DNA of 62,682 nt, filler included, from Gemmatimonadota bacterium (GTDB taxonomy: Bacteria > 4572-55 > J002), in the NCBI GenBank assembly GCA_003697105.1. It is 5 parts of 5 records of this genome, joined end to end, with 100 filler letters (N's around TTAATTAATTAA, not from the genome) between each part and the next. Parts side by side here need not be neighbours in the genome. Positions count along the whole stretch, not along the records: positions 32,233 to 56,922 come from RFFQ01000010.1; 4 more parts are not named here. One strand, written 5' to 3'. Below the pieces are notes generated by a model. The model was not told the origin of the DNA. It searched no databases and worked only from the letters and a program-made list of their open reading frames with translations. A program made the translations under genes and the position numbers. The number at the start of each line of letters is the position of its first letter. Position 1 is the first letter of the stretch. Of this stretch, positions 40,601 through 50,900 are shown in pieces.

Positions 40601-42823
40601 ATCCTTCAATTTGGGTTGTTTTCGCTCGATCCCGACAAAAATTTCCTCAAAATAGGACGAAGCCCGGATCAACAGCACCGTACCGATTTCATGAAGCAAC
40701 CAATTGGTATTTGCAATAAATTGATCTACATTTTGCGGATTGACATCGGGCATCCCGATGATAGTCAGATCAGAATGCACGGATTCCAGTTTAATCAAGT
40801 CCCGAAAACTGCGCTTTTCAATGGCATTGTTGATCACTTTTACTTCGGCGGGGATGCGATATTCTTCCAATACTCGCCCCATATTTTTGATGATTCGGGG
40901 AGTAAGGGAACTGTCCTCATTCACAATCATGACCCGGATGAGCGCGTCGCGCCATTCATCCGAAACGCGCATAAATTTGACTAACATCAAAGATAAGCTG
41001 ATATTATTACCGGAACCCCGCCACCAAATATCAATTTGCTGGCGTTTGCCATATCCAAACCGGTCATCATAATCAAGTAGTAAGAGATTATAATCCAGCT
41101 CGGTCATGGTGTGGAGCAAGTCCACAAAGCGTGCCGGATTACGGCTGTTGCGCACCCACCCCATCAGCACGGTATTGGGTTCAATTCCGGAAAATCCGTA
41201 GCTCCGCACAATCATATCAATACCGTCATAGATGTTGCGGCAGGTTTGGCGGCGCATAAAAATGCCGGTAAATTCATCCGGGTCGGTCTTCAACGCTTGG
41301 TTGGATTTGGAAAAGAGGACTTTCGTGGTCGTATCTTCAATGAGATCAAAATTGGAGAGAACACCCCGATTTTGTACCAACCATTTACCGAATTGCAACA
41401 AATGCGGACGTTTATCCGTGCCCCCACTAAATAGGATCACGTTGGGCTGCCAGTTTCGTTTGTGAAGGTCACTTTGGTTGAGTTTGAACAGCCCAGAGCG
41501 AACCACCGTAAACCAGACCCCTGCCCAGACATCCCCGGCATCTGTACCGAGTTCCTTGCGCTTGAGATAGAAAAAGATGCCGATCATGATCAGGGAGGAG
41601 GCAATCATTGCCACCACATCCAATAAAATCATAAACAGAAAGCAGACAACCGCACCGACAACGCTTACCCATGTGGGAATCTTAAATTCGGGACGGAAAT
41701 CAGGACTTGCCCAACTTTCAATGGCATACGTCAGGTTGAGGAAACCGTAGGTGGTCATGTAAAACATGGAGACAATGCGGGCGATCAGGTCTAATTCCCC
41801 GCTCCAGATAGCAATCTCGGCAATAATGGCAGTAAAAATGAGGGCATTTCGCGGTTCGTTACCTTCACCAAACCCGATTCCGAAAAGTTTTGGTGTCACT
41901 CGATCCATTGAGAGGGCTTGTAAAATACGTGGTGCTCCCAAAATGCCCCCCATAGCAGAAGAGATGGTCGCCGCCCAAATACCACCCAATACCAGCGGTG
42001 ACCACCACGCAATTTGCTTAAGAATGTTGTAATCCGTGCGAAGAACCTCGCCATCCACAGTTAGACCTAGAAAAATCGCCAAACTAATATAGATCACAAG
42101 TCCGGTTCCTACTGCCGCCATAGTGCCGACCGGAATCGATTTGTTAGGGTCTTTCAAATCTCCTGACATGGCAATACCCGCTGTGAAGCCCGTTACCGCT
42201 GGAAAGAATATCCCAAAAACCTCCGCAAAGGAGCGGGATTCTGCCGGCGCAAACAAATTCACGTGGGTGGGAACAAAATCATGGGAACCCAAAAAGATGG
42301 AAACGAGGGAGAGCGCAATCAACCCCAATACTAAAAATTGCGATTTTAAGGCAAGAGACGTGCTGATAAATGCGAGTGTCGTAACAACAAGCAACGTTAA
42401 AGAACCGGTGAGCCGCAAATCCGCTTTGGTCGTACCTAACGTGATGCCAAAAAATGAATCCAGTAGCGGTGAAAACGCCTCATTGAAACTTTCGGCAAAA
42501 CCGACAATATACAGCGCAATACTAACCGCCGTTCCGGCATAAAGGGCAATACCCAATGCGCCACCAATGGAGAGTCCCAAACTGCGTGAAATGATATAAT
42601 AGACACCTCCAGCTTTGACCCGCTTGTCTGTCGCAATGGAAGACACACTCAATCCAGTGGAGACCGAGATAATGTGCGCAATCAAAATAATCCCAATCGC
42701 TCCGATAATCCCGGCTTGTCCAACGACCCACCCGAGACGCAGGTACATAATCACGCCAAGGATCGTCAGAATCGATGGAGTAAATACCCCCGCAAATGTT
42801 CCGAATTTGTAACCGTTTGCCAT
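37676..42823 (-). CDS. Cation-chloride cotransporter (SLC12/CCC-like) fused to a long helical region, a P-loop NTPase and a winged-helix-like end
   Basis: FGTFAGVFTPSILTILGVIMYLRLGWVVG, GGVYYIISRSLG, FFPAVTG...SGDLKDP, SPDFRP.F, NWQP, IDIWW; C-terminal IIGERYSGKT (Walker A) and VFVFNDLD (Walker B-like). Confidence 0.88.
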   Translation of the reverse strand: MANGYKFGTFAGVFTPSILTILGVIMYLRLGWVVGQAGIIGAIGIILIAHIISVSTGLSVSSIATDKRVKAGGVYYIISRSLGLSIGGALGIALYAGTAVSIALYIVGFAESFNEAFSPLLDSFFGITLGTTKADLRLTGSLTLLVVTTLAFISTSLALKSQFLVLGLIALSLVSIFLGSHDFVPTHVNLFAPAESRSFAEVFGIFFPAVTGFTAGIAMSGDLKDPNKSIPVGTMAAVGTGLVIYISLAIFLGLTVDGEVLRTDYNILKQIAWWSPLVLGGIWAATISSAMGGILGAPRILQALSMDRVTPKLFGIGFGEGNEPRNALIFTAIIAEIAIWSGELDLIARIVSMFYMTTYGFLNLTYAIESWASPDFRPEFKIPTWVSVVGAVVCFLFMILLDVVAMIASSLIMIGIFFYLKRKELGTDAGDVWAGVWFTVVRSGLFKLNQSDLHKRNWQPNVILFSGGTDKRPHLLQFGKWLVQNRGVLSNFDLIEDTTTKVLFSKSNQALKTDPDEFTGIFMRRQTCRNIYDGIDMIVRSYGFSGIEPNTVLMGWVRNSRNPARFVDLLHTMTELDYNLLLLDYDDRFGYGKRQQIDIWWRGSGNNISLSLMLVKFMRVSDEWRDALIRVMIVNEDSSLTPRIIKNMGRVLEEYRIPAEVKVINNAIEKRSFRDLIKLESVHSDLTIIGMPDVNPQNVDQFIANTNWLLHEIGTVLLIRASSYFEEIFVGIERKQPKLKDDTTPITEFQLPALIFPQNDALERALRQLAQQLEDLLRDYIDCYLKEMYGADQQLIGTINQLIQRTFTDLEKQVSTTERLRQQKVIPKIRNNFLFQARRILTEFKTDYLPDQKEMAEAGITWIFSQMTELAYRTPETLNVGYELERFAIQPEDSLRLKLFKWQKARLNPAKVITQDVRLRDLKIFYVETKGRHLFYQILQEFGVDSYQNLYQVQRLLEQAKSSLSVLDRHLQTDEFSPEVIAAEREKLKTLTAQTTASHQEKFNTCRHTLLRESRHILQRLIQDADRIDVNQFIRRQRRVPKSAQALRDQILNVPSLWLKNQYLVLNVLLTDLVLASLQSRMRMLVQKMMSELNQSVQKNISENFQELTADLEQLRTHLQEKTDYTLPVMPELRVDFDIQEAMDKLVAEIQEVTGELPETVEVMSGESLNMIENRQFDRIEVLTISLRRLVDYLIATEFVRPLQAVMAELPLKLSKALGTTSDVLRMVSLHLSDLEIDLETVYEATVQKITDGIRIIQSEREQIEKILNILNEATQRHLKQTFEKINLYFITHSTGVWGQYMQHQVDQAVPSKFQEQLEQLYRFGREVLVKLWYHQSRNLSRTRGTSPLETAGGKVESMLALVDTISPPKRILAALPFYYKQLFIGKPTISTEFWIGATAEIARAEQAVRRFRSGIAGGLAIIGERYSGKTALSLFIAHQCFDTRRVYRIDPPQGGSIELAVFETTVQHAVASELPYSDIFNTLPAHSVFVFNDLDMWWERSAGGMVVVNRILQLMTDYGDKYFFILNLNHYSYNFINALRNLDHLMLEVISCPPFDAEQLKDLILRRHRSTGLTFQLDGHDEKHLAEWKQARLFTEYFKYSRGNPGVALQAWIANIQEIQNETLIIRKPVTPDLKPLNLLEPDWILILIQFILHKKLTRARLARILRRPPERWKQDLTTLKRMGIVTENTYHILEINPFLHPYLVRKLKEMEVL

Positions 42824-42824
42824 G

Positions 42825-42938
42825 TGAGTTTATGAGTTTGATGAGTTTTATGAGTTTGGGAGTTTATGAGTTTATGAGTTTATGAGTTTATGAGTTTATG
42901 AGTTTGAGAGTTTGACGAGTTTTATGAGTTTGGGAGTT
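42825..42938. repeat. Simple tandem repeat, ~14 copies of an 8-9-nt unit (consensus TGAGTTTA), abutting the CCC start codon
   Basis: Read directly; central run of four perfect TGAGTTTA copies. Confidence 0.92.
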
Positions 42939-43016
42939 GGTAAGTTTTGGAAGTTCGTCACTCATCATTACCCATCGCCCATTGGTCAGTGCTCCCATTC
43001 TTCATTCATCCTTGCT

Positions 43017-43337
43017 TCATTGTCCGAGGTCTCGTACTAAGATCACCGTATGTACCATCATCTGTGGATCGGCAATCGCGCGTGCCTCCCAGACCAAGCT
43101 ACTGTGCGAAACGACCCGCCAACCTTCTGCGGCATGTTGATTCAGCTCATCTTCCATGCGGTTATCCCGCCGGTCATCTCGCTTGCTCAGGGCGGCTTGC
43201 TTGAATTCCAACACTTTGTACTCAACCCTCGATTTTTCAGGTGAATTCCCCGCAGAGACCCGTTGTGATTGCAAAACAGCCCCCGCAAGGATTCCGATAA
43301 ACATTAATAGTAGTGTCCAGCGAAAGACAATCATCAT
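43017..43337 (-). CDS. DUF4177-like small protein with N-terminal hydrophobic segment
   Basis: GGAGG RBS before ATG 43337; EYKVLEF...EDELNQHAAEGWRVVS...VILVR. Confidence 0.72.
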   Translation of the reverse strand: MMIVFRWTLLLMFIGILAGAVLQSQRVSAGNSPEKSRVEYKVLEFKQAALSKRDDRRDNRMEDELNQHAAEGWRVVSHSSLVWEARAIADPQMMVHTVILVRDLGQ

Positions 43338-43383
43338 AACCTCCAAACATGATATAAAGTTGTCCCTAAACGGGAGAAATAAT

Positions 43384-44457
43384 TTAATGACTGGCGCCAA
43401 CGGCATCACCAATTGATTTCCAGCCATCCCGATCCATCAATTCAATCAAGCGCCGGCAGATGTTCCATACCGCACGGGGTCCTTCGTAGATAAAGCCCGT
43501 GTAAATCTGCACCAAAGATGCCCCTGCCAGAATCTTTTCGTAGGCATCATCACCCGTAAAAATACCGCCAACCCCGATAATTGGGATAGAACCATCACTC
43601 AGATGATAAAGTTGGTGGATAATTTCAGTTGATTTTCGGCGGAGGGGTTGCCCACTAAGCCCACCGGTTTGGGGTTCATCCAACCGGACGCCTTCGCGGG
43701 AGATCGTGGTATTGGTGGCAATGATCCCGTCAATGCGGTGTTCTTGCACGACGGTCACAATGTCTTCCAACTGTCCTTCAGTCACATCGGGGGCAATCTT
43801 CAAAAAGATGGGTTTGTGTTTATTATTTTTTGCTTGAAGTGCGGCTAAAATCTGGTGGAGTTCATCCTTGTTTTGCAGTTCCCGCAGATTGGGCGTATTG
43901 GGCGAACTGACATTTACCGTAAAATAATCCCCAAACGGGTACAATTTTTCAAAAGAAGCGCAATAATCTTCTACCGCCCTCTCTAACGGCACAACTTTTG
44001 TTTTTCCAATATTGATTCCCAACGGGATCGGACATGTCCTGTCCTGATAAAACTGCCGCAAGCGACGTGCAACCCGTGTTGCCCCATCATTATTGAAACC
44101 CATCCGATTGATAATAGCCCGATCCGCAGGATACCGGAACAGCCGGGGTTTAGGGTTACCCGGTTGTCCCTGAGCCGTCACCGTACCGACTTCAACATGT
44201 CCAAACCCGAAATGATGCCAGAACCGGATGCCATGCGCATTTTTATCAAACCCTGCCGCCAACCCGACCGGATTCGGGAAATGAAGCCCGGCGAACGACA
44301 CGTGCAAACGTGGATTTTGGTATGTCAAAAGTGGGTCTATGAGGTGTAACATGGGTGAAGCCGCACGTAGAAATGCCATTGTCCCCTCATGTACCACTTC
44401 TGGGTCAACCTCAAAAACAAGTGGACGAATAAAAGACTTATATAATAATAGCATCAT
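43384..44457 (-). CDS. pyrD: Quinone-dependent dihydroorotate dehydrogenase (class 2)
   Basis: NPVGLAAGFDKN, GNPKPRLFR, INRMGFNN, NVSSPNTPNLR, KIAPD, GGLSG, GVGGI. Confidence 0.96.
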   Translation of the reverse strand: MMLLLYKSFIRPLVFEVDPEVVHEGTMAFLRAASPMLHLIDPLLTYQNPRLHVSFAGLHFPNPVGLAAGFDKNAHGIRFWHHFGFGHVEVGTVTAQGQPGNPKPRLFRYPADRAIINRMGFNNDGATRVARRLRQFYQDRTCPIPLGINIGKTKVVPLERAVEDYCASFEKLYPFGDYFTVNVSSPNTPNLRELQNKDELHQILAALQAKNNKHKPIFLKIAPDVTEGQLEDIVTVVQEHRIDGIIATNTTISREGVRLDEPQTGGLSGQPLRRKSTEIIHQLYHLSDGSIPIIGVGGIFTGDDAYEKILAGASLVQIYTGFIYEGPRAVWNICRRLIELMDRDGWKSIGDAVGASH

Positions 44458-44740
44458 TAACTGACCCGATAATAGAGATATGTGCGAAAATTGGGTTTAT
44501 GTAGCAACAGTATAGGCTATTTGACGGTCAAAGATCAATTTTTTTTTATGAACCGTTGCGCCAAGTGGGTGTCATTTGGGGTATGAGCTGTGAAATGGCG
44601 TCTTCTCTGCGTCCATCCACCCCGTAAAGATCAAATTCCTTGACTTTTCAGGGGTTTGGGTTTACCAATTTGATGAATTCAATTGATCATAAATAATCAA
44701 TGTCATTCATCCCAATAACATCATATCAAGGAGGTTTACG

Positions 44741-45880
44741 ATGCCATTTGAACTGACAGAAGAACAACGGATGGTCCGTGATATGGCGCGGGATTTTGCA
44801 GAAAAAGAGGTTGCCCCTCTAGCGCACGAGTTGGATGAGCAGGAACGCTTTCCATCCGAGACCATACCCAAATTGACCGAATTAGGATTTCTCTCCATGA
44901 TGGTGCCGGAAGCATACGGCGGTCTGGAAGCCGACACGCTGAGTTATGTGCTGGCGGTAGAAGAAATTTCGCGGGCGTGTGCTTCCACCGGGGTTGTAAT
45001 TTCGGTGCATAATTCGCTGTGTGCTTATCCGCTTTCCAAGTTTGGGTCGGATACCGCCAAAGCGAAGTACCTACCCCAATTGGCTGAAGGTAAATTAGGC
45101 TCCTATTGTCTGACCGAACCTCAGGCGGGGTCAGATGCGGCAAACCAGCAGACAACGGCTACTCTCGATGGGGATCATTATGTCCTGAACGGTACCAAAA
45201 TTTATGTCACCGGTGGGGAACAATGCTCCTTTATGATGGTCATGGCAATGACCGACAAAAGCAAAGGCACGCATGGCATTAGTGCCTTTTTTGTGGAAAA
45301 AGCATTTGAGGGCATTAAATTGGGCACAAAAGAGAAAAAAATGGGGTTGAAAGGTTCCGACACCATGGAACTTATTTTTGATAATGTGCGCGTGCCCAAA
45401 GAGAATCTGCTCGGTGAAGAGGGTATGGGGTTTAAGATCGCCATGATCACGTTGGATTGTGGACGGTTGGGTATTGGTGCCCAAGCCCTCGGCATTGCTC
45501 AGGCGGCAATGGAAGAAGCGATCAAATACGCCAAAGAGCGGGTCCAATTTGGCAAACCGATCAGCGAATTTCAGGCAATCCAATGGATGATCGCCGATAT
45601 GGCAACCGAAATTGAAGCCGGTCGTGCCTTGCTTTACCGGGCGGCAGACCTGAAAGATCGAGGCGAACCGTTCAGTAAAGAAGCGGCGATGGCAAAATTG
45701 TTCTGCTCCGAGATGTGCGGACGTGTCGTCGATAAAGCGGTACAAATTCATGGTGGCTACGGCTACATGCGGGATTACACGGTGGAACGGCTCTACCGGG
45801 ATGCGCGTATCACCCGCATTTACGAAGGTACTTCTGAAATCCAGCGGCTGGTCATTTCTCGCCACATGTTGCGGAGCTAA
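44741..45880 (+). CDS. Acyl-CoA dehydrogenase (short/branched-chain-like)
   Basis: LTEPQAGSD, NGTK, ERVQFGKPI, QIHGGYGY, RIYEGTSEIQR; AGGAGG RBS. Confidence 0.95.
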   Translation: MPFELTEEQRMVRDMARDFAEKEVAPLAHELDEQERFPSETIPKLTELGFLSMMVPEAYGGLEADTLSYVLAVEEISRACASTGVVISVHNSLCAYPLSKFGSDTAKAKYLPQLAEGKLGSYCLTEPQAGSDAANQQTTATLDGDHYVLNGTKIYVTGGEQCSFMMVMAMTDKSKGTHGISAFFVEKAFEGIKLGTKEKKMGLKGSDTMELIFDNVRVPKENLLGEEGMGFKIAMITLDCGRLGIGAQALGIAQAAMEEAIKYAKERVQFGKPISEFQAIQWMIADMATEIEAGRALLYRAADLKDRGEPFSKEAAMAKLFCSEMCGRVVDKAVQIHGGYGYMRDYTVERLYRDARITRIYEGTSEIQRLVISRHMLRS

Positions 45881-45918
45881 ACCAGAATTACGCATTCAAA
45901 CTGAGAAGGGAAAACACA

Positions 45919-47271
45919 ATGAAACCAATCGTTACACTGATGATCATTACCGGAATCCTCTTGAGCGGAACGGGGCTTGGAAGGGCACAAAATAACCTGA
46001 TGTTCTCTGGTGACCCGAATTCCGTGCAAGCGGGTTTGACCGGCGGCATGATGGGCGGTGTTGGTGTCTCGTTCATTGAAGATGATGACGGCGAGATGGA
46101 AACGTGGGTTAATCTTAATTTGCAGCCGGAACTTCGCTTTGGTAAATTTGGCATTGGGCTTCATTTGGATCTGTTGGTTAATACGGCGCCCGATTCTGGA
46201 GAGGACGCCATCCGAACGGAAGATTTAGAATTTACCAAAATTGTGCGGTATCTAAGCTACGGTTGGAAAGGGTCGAAGCCGCTTTACGCCCGCCTCGGGG
46301 ATTTGTCGGGTTATTCACTGGGGGATGGCTTTCTGTTTTATAGTTACAGCAACCAAATCAATGAAGATAACCGCAAATTGGGGCTCGCCGTTGACGTAAA
46401 TCTGGAAAAATTCGGCGTGGAAACCGTGACCACTGATTTGGGTCGTTTGGGCATTATCGGAGCCCGCCCCTATGTTCGTCCCCTCAAATTAGCAAACCTG
46501 AATGTACCTCTTTTAGACAAGTTGGAAGCCGGTTTCACCTTTGTGGAAGACTTTGACCCCGACGAAAACACCAACACGGATGATGAAACGATTGCCTACG
46601 GGATCGATTTAGGGCTACCGGTTATCCAGACCAAACCCTTGAACCTACGGTTGTACTGGGATTGGGCGACCATCACAGCGCAAGTGCCGCAAATGGATGG
46701 TTCATTTGAGGAAATTGACGGTGCGGGTCAAGCGCTCGGTACGGCAGCCACCTTTAATGGCTTGGGGTTATTGACCCTGAACGCCCGTCTGGAGCGCCGC
46801 TGGCTAGGTGAAAACTTTATTCCCAATTACTTCAATGCTCTTTATGAAGTTCACCGGGCAGAACGCGCACAGGCGTTGCAAACTGTCGAAGAAAAAAGCG
46901 GTACATTTGGTGAACTAGGCGGGGATTTCCTCGGCAAAGCCACCCTCAAAGGTAGCTACCAGTATATTGATGACATCAAATACAGCGGGGTTTTCCATGC
47001 GGAAGCCAGTATTCCAGATGCGATCCCCAAAATTTGGGCATTTGCCGCCTATGATCGCACCCACATTGAGACCATGACCGGCACTTACGGGCTGTTCAAG
47101 GTCAACCAGTATTCTTTGGCGTATGTGGATGTGGGCTATAAACTTAAAGAGGTACCGGACATTATACTGGTGATGCATTACGAGTGGTCTTTCCGGGAGA
47201 ATGAAGAAACCGGTGAAATTGATACTATCCAGAAAATCACCCCCCGTATTCAGGTTAATTTTACGTTTTAG
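45919..47271 (+). CDS. Hypothetical exported protein, probable outer-membrane beta-barrel
   Basis: Signal peptide, amphipathic beta-strand pattern, C-terminal ...RIQVNFTF. Confidence 0.6.
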   Translation: MKPIVTLMIITGILLSGTGLGRAQNNLMFSGDPNSVQAGLTGGMMGGVGVSFIEDDDGEMETWVNLNLQPELRFGKFGIGLHLDLLVNTAPDSGEDAIRTEDLEFTKIVRYLSYGWKGSKPLYARLGDLSGYSLGDGFLFYSYSNQINEDNRKLGLAVDVNLEKFGVETVTTDLGRLGIIGARPYVRPLKLANLNVPLLDKLEAGFTFVEDFDPDENTNTDDETIAYGIDLGLPVIQTKPLNLRLYWDWATITAQVPQMDGSFEEIDGAGQALGTAATFNGLGLLTLNARLERRWLGENFIPNYFNALYEVHRAERAQALQTVEEKSGTFGELGGDFLGKATLKGSYQYIDDIKYSGVFHAEASIPDAIPKIWAFAAYDRTHIETMTGTYGLFKVNQYSLAYVDVGYKLKEVPDIILVMHYEWSFRENEETGEIDTIQKITPRIQVNFTF

Positions 47272-47307
47272 GCTCGACGGCGAGCCAACACGATAACCCC
47301 TCACGCA

Positions 47308-47339
47308 AAACGGCGGCTGAAACCAATCAGCCGCCGTTT
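47308..47339. terminator. Bidirectional intrinsic terminator-like hairpin between convergent genes
   Basis: AAACGGCGGCTGA-AACCAA-TCAGCCGCCGTTT perfect 13-bp stem. Confidence 0.75.
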
Positions 47340-47375
47340 GCATACCCCCTTACCAACCACTTTAATCCGTTTCAA

Positions 47376-47756
47376 TCAGTGGACTGTACCAAAAAGATGG
47401 TGGATTTCCTCTGCCATCTTTGTGGCAAAATAGGGCTTCTTCAGTAGCCGATCGATGCCCCATTTTTCTTTTTCCAGATCAAATCGAGACTGCGTAAATA
47501 CGGCAGTAAACAAAATAATTTTAACATTCGGGTTGATAAACTCTTTGATGCGTTTACTCGCCTCGAAACCATTCAGATATGGCATTAAGCCATCCATGAT
47601 AATCACCTTGATCTCCTGATCACGGGCGTACTCCACAGCTTGTTGGCCATCATTGGCAGTCACAACCTCAAAACCGTTTAACTCCAGACTGGTCTTCACC
47701 AATACCCGCATATCATTATCGTCATCGGCAACCAGCACCTTTCCTTTGAAGTTCAT
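47376..47756 (-). CDS. Stand-alone response regulator receiver (CheY-like)
   Basis: VLVADDD, IIMD (phospho-Asp), FTA, KP; ATG 47756 after GGGAG. Confidence 0.9.
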   Translation of the reverse strand: MNFKGKVLVADDDNDMRVLVKTSLELNGFEVVTANDGQQAVEYARDQEIKVIIMDGLMPYLNGFEASKRIKEFINPNVKIILFTAVFTQSRFDLEKEKWGIDRLLKKPYFATKMAEEIHHLFGTVH

Positions 47757-47880
47757 AAGGGACTCCCTTTGGTTAAAGCGTAAAAAAGGCGAAAACATAA
47801 CCCGCGCGAAACAACTGCAAAGCAGTGATTACAGTGTAACCGAATTTGCATACCGGATCAACTCTTTTTTTTACAACTCA

Positions 47881-47914
47881 AAAACCCCGAATGTTTAACT
47901 ACATCCGGGGTTTT
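47881..47914 (-). terminator. Intrinsic terminator after the giant repeat protein gene
   Basis: AAAACCCCG(A)ATGT-TTAACT-ACAT(C)CGGGGTTTT hairpin flanked by A/T runs. Confidence 0.7.
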
Positions 47915-47949
47915 CAGAGAATACACAAGGGAATTACGCCCGAGCCGGG

Positions 47950-50900
47950 TCATTTAATGGTGACTTTATAGCTCATCTGCCCGCTTTGCCCAGGAGTGAG
48001 TTCTAGCACATTAACATTCACGTTTGTAAAATCAATTGAAATGGAGTGTCCATCATATCCCCCACCGTCATTATCCCCATCATTGGCATCGGCGGTCAGA
48101 TAAATGGTACTGCCATCGGGACGGACAAACTCAATATCTTGCGAACCCGCGCCGGTATCAAAACCATCATACACGATGTTCACAAATTCTGAAATTGGGT
48201 CGGAGAGATCAATTTGGAGTAACGTATCCGCACCCGCATTGATATATGTCACCGTATAAAGCAGGGTATCTCCGGGTGACGCCACCGCTTTATCAACCGA
48301 TTTGACCAGTTGCATACTGCCGGTCTGCACATCGCCCACCGTTGTCATATCCGTGACACTGCTGGTAATTGCCGGATTATTGACTGACGTGGCAGTAAAG
48401 ACGGTAACATCCACAGCATTATCTGGTGTGCTGGTGGGTACAAACGCCGTCACAATAATATCCACGGTACCCCCTGCCGGCACATTACTCAATGAGGTAA
48501 TCGGGCTGCCGGTTGGGTTTCCACTGCCATCATCCAAGTAAATCGCCCACGCCCAGCCCCGTGAACTGGTAAAGCTTAGATTGACATCATCTGGCACACT
48601 TCCCAAGTTAGTCACATCATGGAAGTAATGGACTCGCGTCCCTTTCGGTACCGTCCGGCTTTGATCTGGCAGAATAATAATACCGCCCAGATGTACCGTA
48701 GCCGAGGCATCTGGTCCGGGGCTGTATTTGCGCCGGTAGGTACTGGTCGGATGGCTATACCACGTATCCACCTGTGCCGTATTGGTAAAGGCAGTACCTA
48801 AGGGGACGATGTCTAAAATATTACTATCCACAATCGCACTGTAATAAATCACCAAGCTATCACCGCCGGAATTGAGAGAGTCGCCGCTACCAAACGTCCA
48901 GGTAATTCGTCCGGTCGTAGAATCATAGACCGCCAAACTCGGGGTTGTCGCCACATTATTGATCTCGTATGCCGGAGCGGGTGAGCCAGTGAGCGGATTA
49001 TCCGAGCGCATCCCATTGGGCACGACATCTGTAATGATAATATCATACGCTTTCGCTGGGGAAGAGCCGCTATTGACCACCTCAATGCGGTATCGAACCG
49101 TATCACCGGCGGCAACGGTCTGTTTATCCGCCGTTTTGGTGATTGACATTCGAGGCTGAACGATAGTATGGCTGGTTGAGGCGTATCGCGACTCATAATC
49201 CGCCGCCAGATCATCACTAAAACCATGGTTCACGTAATTCCAATTTACACTGGCATTATTGGTCACCGTTCCATCCACGCTGGTATTGAGGAATAAATTT
49301 TGTCCGGTGGAATTTTTGCCGGTCACATCAACGGTATAATAAACATAGATGCTTTCCGGGCTAGTGTTCGCATTGGTGATCGGGTTAAACTCCCAGCGGG
49401 GGATAAACCGGCGGAATGAATTCAGCGAATCCGAGATGTCAAAGGAGGTCAACGCCGTATTGGGATCGGTAATGCTGGCATCACTTCGTCCATAGGATAC
49501 GGTTGTGGTATCCATGCGGGTGGCTTCCGGTAACGTATCGACCACCACCGGATAATAGATCACCGTTTGCCGGGGCAATTCGACGGTCAGCGTATAGGAT
49601 TGCCGGTCGCCGATGCGCCAGGTAGTGCCGGTTGGTGTTTTGGTAATGGTCGCGCCTTCAATCGCCACCACACCGGCGGAATCTGGACCCACATCCGCAT
49701 AAGCAGGGGTCGAATCGGTGTCGCGTTCGAGTGGTAGATTGCCCGGCAACGTACTGTAATCGATCACATCCACCCGGTTCGTGATCAGTTTGGAAGATTC
49801 CATAATCTCGGAATTCAGAGTCGCCGTATATTCCAGTAAAACGGTTTCGGCGGTATCTACCCGGGCCGTCGCATTACTGGCATTGGTGATCAACGTGATA
49901 ATCCATTCTCCGGTCGCCGCCGTGTAAGATCGACTGTAATCCACACCGTCAGTCAGAGCGCGTCCACCCGAGGTGAACGTGGTAATCGTCGGTTCGGTAC
50001 CGTTCATTTCCGCCGGGATGGTATCCCGAATTACCACATCATAGGCGGCAGAATTACCGGTATTTTGAAATGTGACGGTGTAATTGACCGAACTCACTCC
50101 CGGGCGCACAATCGGATTACCATTTCCGTCCGTTCCGAGGTTGGGTGCAACCGGCGGGACATCCAAGTTCTTGACCAGATTGGAGATCGTTGGTTCGATG
50201 ATAGTTGCTTGTACCGGATTGGATTGAATCTGGGTGACCGATGCTGGATTGCCATTGATGGTATTCCAGCGGAAACCTGCCCGGTTGGTCAACACACTAT
50301 CTCGTGCCACATCCGGCGAACCTCCAAAATATTGTTGATCCACGTTCGTGCGCATCGTGATGCGATAGGGATTGACCGTCGCATTCCCCGGCAAACTTCC
50401 TAATGAGAGGGCAATGGTATCTCCCAAACCGGTATAGAGCGTATCAATGGAGCCGCTGTTATTCTGGAATCGCAGGTCAACCAGCGAGACACCATCCGGC
50501 AAGGTATCCAGAAAGACGGATTGGTAAGCCGTCGTCTGATTTGGTACATCAAATTCAATGATATAATAGAGCGTATCCCCGATGGTCGTTACAACATCCG
50601 TGCTATCGGTAGGGGAGGGGTCCACAAAAACGGAATATTGATTTTTGATTTGTGTCGGTAATCCATCGGTAAACGCTAAAGCAGTATCATTTTGGGTCGA
50701 TTGGTACACCCGCTCAAAAGGGGTTGAACCGGGCAGACTGGAAAAGGTATCCACGACCGCATGGTTGACCATGTAGGCTGAGGTACCAATACTGGCATCG
50801 ACTTGCAGTTGGTAATTAATCGTCACCGTTTCCCCCGGATAAACGGGTGTGTTTGCGGTACTATCAAATTCGATGGTAAAGACTGTGCCATCGTACAAAA

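Noticed and set aside
15738-42823. A single chloride/osmotic island (CLC pair + CCC + MscS)
   Set aside because: The genes are separated by two linkers, so physical linkage is unsupported.
42825-42938. CRISPR array or telomere-like repeat
   Set aside because: There are no spacers; it is a simple degenerate tandem repeat inside a contig.
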